A stretch of 62,805 bases of DNA, counting the filler, from Sphacelaria rigidula (lineage: Eukaryota), in the NCBI GenBank assembly GCA_964200075.2. It is 8 parts of 8 records of this genome, joined end to end, with 100 filler letters (N's around TTAATTAATTAA, not from the genome) between each part and the next. Parts side by side here need not be neighbours in the genome. Positions count along the whole stretch, not along the records: positions 55,043 to 62,805 come from CAXNAA020013534.1; 7 more parts are not named here. One strand, written 5' to 3'. The position numbers and the translations under genes were made by a program. The stretch's first letter is position 1. The number at the start of each line of letters is the position of its first letter. This document shows, one piece after another, positions 58,900 to 62,805 of this stretch. The notes beneath the pieces were generated by a model. That model saw only the letters and a program-made list of their open reading frames with translations. It did not search any database and was not told the DNA's origin.

Positions 58900-60400
58900 C
58901 ATTCGGTTACTGCCTTGTGCCTCAACTTGTTCTCCAAAAAATGTACATCCAAAAAAGACCATGTTGGCGGTTCGGTGCCTAATTTTGCCAGACAAAGGCG
59001 TCAGGTGAATTATGCCCCATCGAAAAGACGTGCTGTACTCTCTGAGAAGGTTCCAGTGCACGCTTCCGATCTCCTGTGCGGCGATTGACGTTCGACCCGT
59101 CTAGCTATTTCTCATACGAACCAAGAAATAGGGATGTTTTCTCCGGTTTTCTTCCAGTGTCTCGGGAGCGCTGTCATGATATTTTGGCTTGTATAAGGAA
59201 CTACCCATGTGGCTAAGGTGAAGCTGCGCTTACGAGAAATCAGAAACGCGAGCTGACATCCTCTGCAGCAAGTCGCCCCGAGACGCCACAATCCATCTCG
59301 CCTCTTTTCGCTCAAAATTCGGCGCCGGGCCGCCAAGATGATATCTTCTAGATGCTGTTTTTTGATACCTGTATATTATCTCCAGGAGGTGTCCTCAAAA
59401 CCACATAGCCAGAATTGTCTGGAAACCTGCAGGTGTATCTAACAGCTTTCGCGGATAATTCTCATGGTTTACTTCCCGTTATTACGACGTGTGCAGGAGT
59501 TACGTGACCACTCTTTGGAGCGGGAGTATCGCCCCGTGCTGGATCTCAACTATTTGTTATTCTCACGTTTCCTCCTTCATGACTGCAACACGAACAGGAA
59601 GTTTATCACCATTTCCAGCAACCGGAGCACTGGGAAGAGGAAGACGAGTCAAGGAGGTCTTTTCGACGGATGCGCAGCGTCATATCGGGGGCATGATCGC
59701 TTGGCGTCGCGCTGCTCATTTTGACTGAGCCACACTCACCCGTGAAGCTCCCGTGTACAACGTAAAAGCACTCATTGCCCAGGTGTGGTAGTTTTACACT
59801 CATGGAGACAGATTCAGCCGTGAAGTCGTCATGACACATTTTTTCGCGTGCTGTCCTCGTTTCGTCGAGGGCAGGGCACGTAGTCGACCTTGACCACAGG
59901 GAGGTTTTGTCCTCTTGGATGTTCGATCGTTAGAAGAGAACATGCGATTGATACACGAGCAAGTAACTCAAACACGAACTTTCGAACGAGCTGTCGAGTG
60001 AGAACGCTGCAAGGTATATTATCAGGAATCAAAATCTGACCGGTGAATCATGTCTGGCGTCAATAGGCACAATTTCCTTGAAAGGGGCACGTTATGGTGT
60101 ATTCCGGGAAATAGGCACCTTCAACACACATGGAGTAAGTGCACGGTGGATATGCCTCGGTATACGCGTAAAAGCAGTGACACACAAGAGATATCATTGC
60201 GGTGCTGTCCGCTGGGTCGCCAAAAATACTTGCATCCCTGTGTGAGCCTTACATCAACAACCGTATTCTGTGCGCGGGGGCTGCGTTTCAGGGAAGAGTT
60301 TTCCAGATGCGACTTGGCAAAAACTAGCTCTCCTCGAGAGGAGACGGCGGCACAGTCGGTTGGCTTCCGCGAGTGCTGATCCAACGCTCGACGACGAAGG
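58900..60400 (-). pseudogene. Possible heavily decayed gypsy integrase / C-terminal region
   Basis: Scattered fragments (LLTIEHPRGQNL, AARR..KRGEM, YFLVRM) reminiscent of algal gypsy pol tails. No intact catalytic motif. Confidence 0.3.
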
Positions 60401-61570
60401 TTACCAGGCATATGTAAGCGGGGGAGGGATTGGATAGGTTGATCTCTGAGACTCTAGGTCCGTCAAGAGGAAGCGGACGGGGTCGGGGTTTGACAAGGAA
60501 GGAGAGGAAGGAAAGAAATATTGTCGAAGGCGCACTTCTTTCCCATACCAGCGATTCTGTCGACCCTTGACATATGCCTACGATGGCTGCGGTCCTAGCT
60601 CGCGCGAAGCCGCCGCCAAAACGCCCATGGTTGGAACATACTCATGCCTTTCGTCAGTAACGCTCGGTCCAGGCTGAACCTACAACCCAAATCCCAAAAC
60701 GAAAACAGACTGACCGCACAATTTGTTTTTCGAAACAGAAAAACCCAAACGTCCAGTGCCGTCGCGAACTATACTATTGCAAAGTGATATCAATACGTCA
60801 CTCAGGTGACGATCCGTGAGAACAGTTGGGCAGAGTTATAATCCCCACGACTCCACAGTGGGAGTGAAATATACCCAATGTGAATTTTGGTGGTGGACGA
60901 GTGTCGACGACACCCACGGCACTGCCTTGTGTGGTAATGTTTGACTGCATGGCAGGAAACGTGGAAGCTATGAAAAGAGTAGGGTATTCCTCGCGGACTT
61001 GCGCCTTCGTCGTAGTAGCAAGATCGAAATGCGATGGTCTGCTCGAAAGTGCTGGTAATGCACGTAATGCCCCGCCGCGTTGACTTTCGCGTCCCAAGAT
61101 GTGTCAAATCGTGAGTGTTACGTTGTGTCACATACGGTGCACGTATGACGGCACGTTGTACACCACCCCCTACATACAGTAGCACCCTTGAGAGATGAAG
61201 TTTCTCCCCCGTTCCCCCCAAAAAGTCACCCACGAGTAGGTACATACATCAGGAATACTTGAAGCGTGTTCAATCTGCTTCAAGTAGATCGCTCCCTGTC
61301 GATCGTCATCTCCCAGAGACCGGGTTTTGGTTGCTGGGTTTAACTGCAATTGGTACTCGAAGCGTTATGGTCGGTTTCATGCTTGAGTCACTCACTTGTG
61401 CATCAATGTCATGTACCTTGTCAATGAGGCAAATCAAAATGGTACCGTGGCTACACTCTCAGTGTCCAGAGGGACCTGGGGCGAGCCTTGGCTGTGGTCT
61501 GTATCAAGTCGGGGTGGATGGTGCTCCTTCTCTTGGCCCAGATGACATTTTCAAGAGCAATACGGTATAA

Positions 61571-62205
61571 CCCTCATGATCAGTTCACACAGACATACTT
61601 CCTCTGTCTCACAAGTCTGTGCAGTTATGTTTATATGAGCCCTTAACGATGTCCGATTTGATTTTCGATTTTTTGGCCGCATTCGTTGGAGTTGTTTGAG
61701 GTAAAAGCAGTACTCTTTCTGCAACATGGGTGCTTGACTCGTGCAGACTCGCGACCGAGAAAAAGTGAGTCGGTCAAAATTTGGGCATTTTTCGCTTTTT
61801 TTTCCGAGTGAAGCACAGCAGACCCGGAAATCGCAGAGAATGGTGAAAATAATGTGAAAACCGCAAAACGACCACTGATTTGGATATCTCCGTGACGTTA
61901 ACCTACGCACGCCCCATCTGACAATTTTTCAGCATGTGAACGCTAGTGCTCGACGTAAAAACGTCCAAAATCGGTCAACATGGGTGTATTAGTGGACCAA
62001 AAAGGGCCAAAATGGGGTATAGTTTGACCTAAAATTAGTGTTGAAAACAAGTTTTTTTTCTCCTTTTTGTTTTTAGTCAGATTCGTCTGCGCGTTATCTC
62101 TAACGAAGCAATTATAGGATGATCGTCAGCGTTGAAATACCCAAACAATCAAACGTCCATAATTGCACAGACTTATGAGACAGAGGAAGTATGTGTTCAT
62201 CCGGG
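61571..62205. mobile_element. Non-autonomous TIR element
   Basis: acatacttcctctgtctcacaagtctgtgcagttatg (~61593) is the near-exact reverse complement of cataattgcacagacttatgagacagaggaagtatgt (~62158). CCC..GGG outer ends. Confidence 0.7.
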
Positions 62206-62247
62206 TTTCTTCAGGTGCCATCCCCCCTTTCTGCGTTATTGCCGTTA

Positions 62248-62610
62248 TGTGTGTGTTGTCGTCCCATTTATTCTCGACGCCGGTCTACACCTTTCGGTAT
62301 ATGTGGGCGCATCAGCCGGGGTCACACGAGAGGGAGGCCAACACAGGAGCTTTTTCTTTTTCTTTTGTGTCAGTATTCCAGCTTCCTTCTGCGGTGCTTG
62401 CCTTATTTTTATCGCGAGAGGGGTTCAGTGGTCCCTTTCCCTCGTCGACCGTGAAGTCAAACTTTTTGTGCACTCACGACATGGTCACTCTCCACTGTTG
62501 GGCATGGTTTGAGAAAAAATCCAAGACCTGTGACTGCACTAAGATTCAAACCCACGACCCAACCATGAGAAAGATTTTGAGGTTACCAACTGAACCACCG
62601 GGACGACCGG
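62248..62610 (-). mobile_element. tRNA-derived SINE, copy 2
   Basis: Collinear with 53771-54140 over its whole length. Confidence 0.8.
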
Positions 62611-62805
62611 AAGTATATACGTTAGCAGCTGGAAAAAACTGTTATGCGGTGAAACTCGGGCAAGATGAACGAGTTTTTCTCTGAAAATTTACACAGCATC
62701 ATAATTTCATCCCAGGATTATGTTTAAAACATTCAAGGGTCGGACAAATAATGATTCGTCTGGAAATGACTTGGTTTTAGTATGATGAGTCGACTCGTGA
62801 CGAAT

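Overview
This is not one locus. It is eight unrelated contigs of 7763-7764 bp, joined by seven identical 100-bp spacers (44 N + TTAATTAATTAA + 44 N), so nothing can be inferred from adjacency across a spacer. The content is eukaryotic and repeat-rich, and most likely brown algal (Phaeophyceae); this is inferred from the gene families present. Host-type genes: an intronless EsV-1-7 Cys/His-repeat protein (42379-44766, +), an FNIP-repeat protein with a C-terminal frameshift (48322-49983, -), the multi-TM C-terminal part of a large membrane protein (14563-15537, -), and probable 3' exons of a ROCO-like gene (28049-28372 and 30230-30331, -). The rest is transposon debris: Ty1/copia and Ty3/gypsy remnants, two LINE families, a tRNA-derived SINE, piggyBac-, hAT- and Helitron-like non-autonomous elements, and many foldback palindromes. 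The most unusual signal is a LINE family that ends in GTACG(C)n rather than poly(A). Its target-site duplications begin with C-runs, which suggests C/G-tract-primed retrotransposition. All family assignments come from motif recognition by eye; no database search was run.
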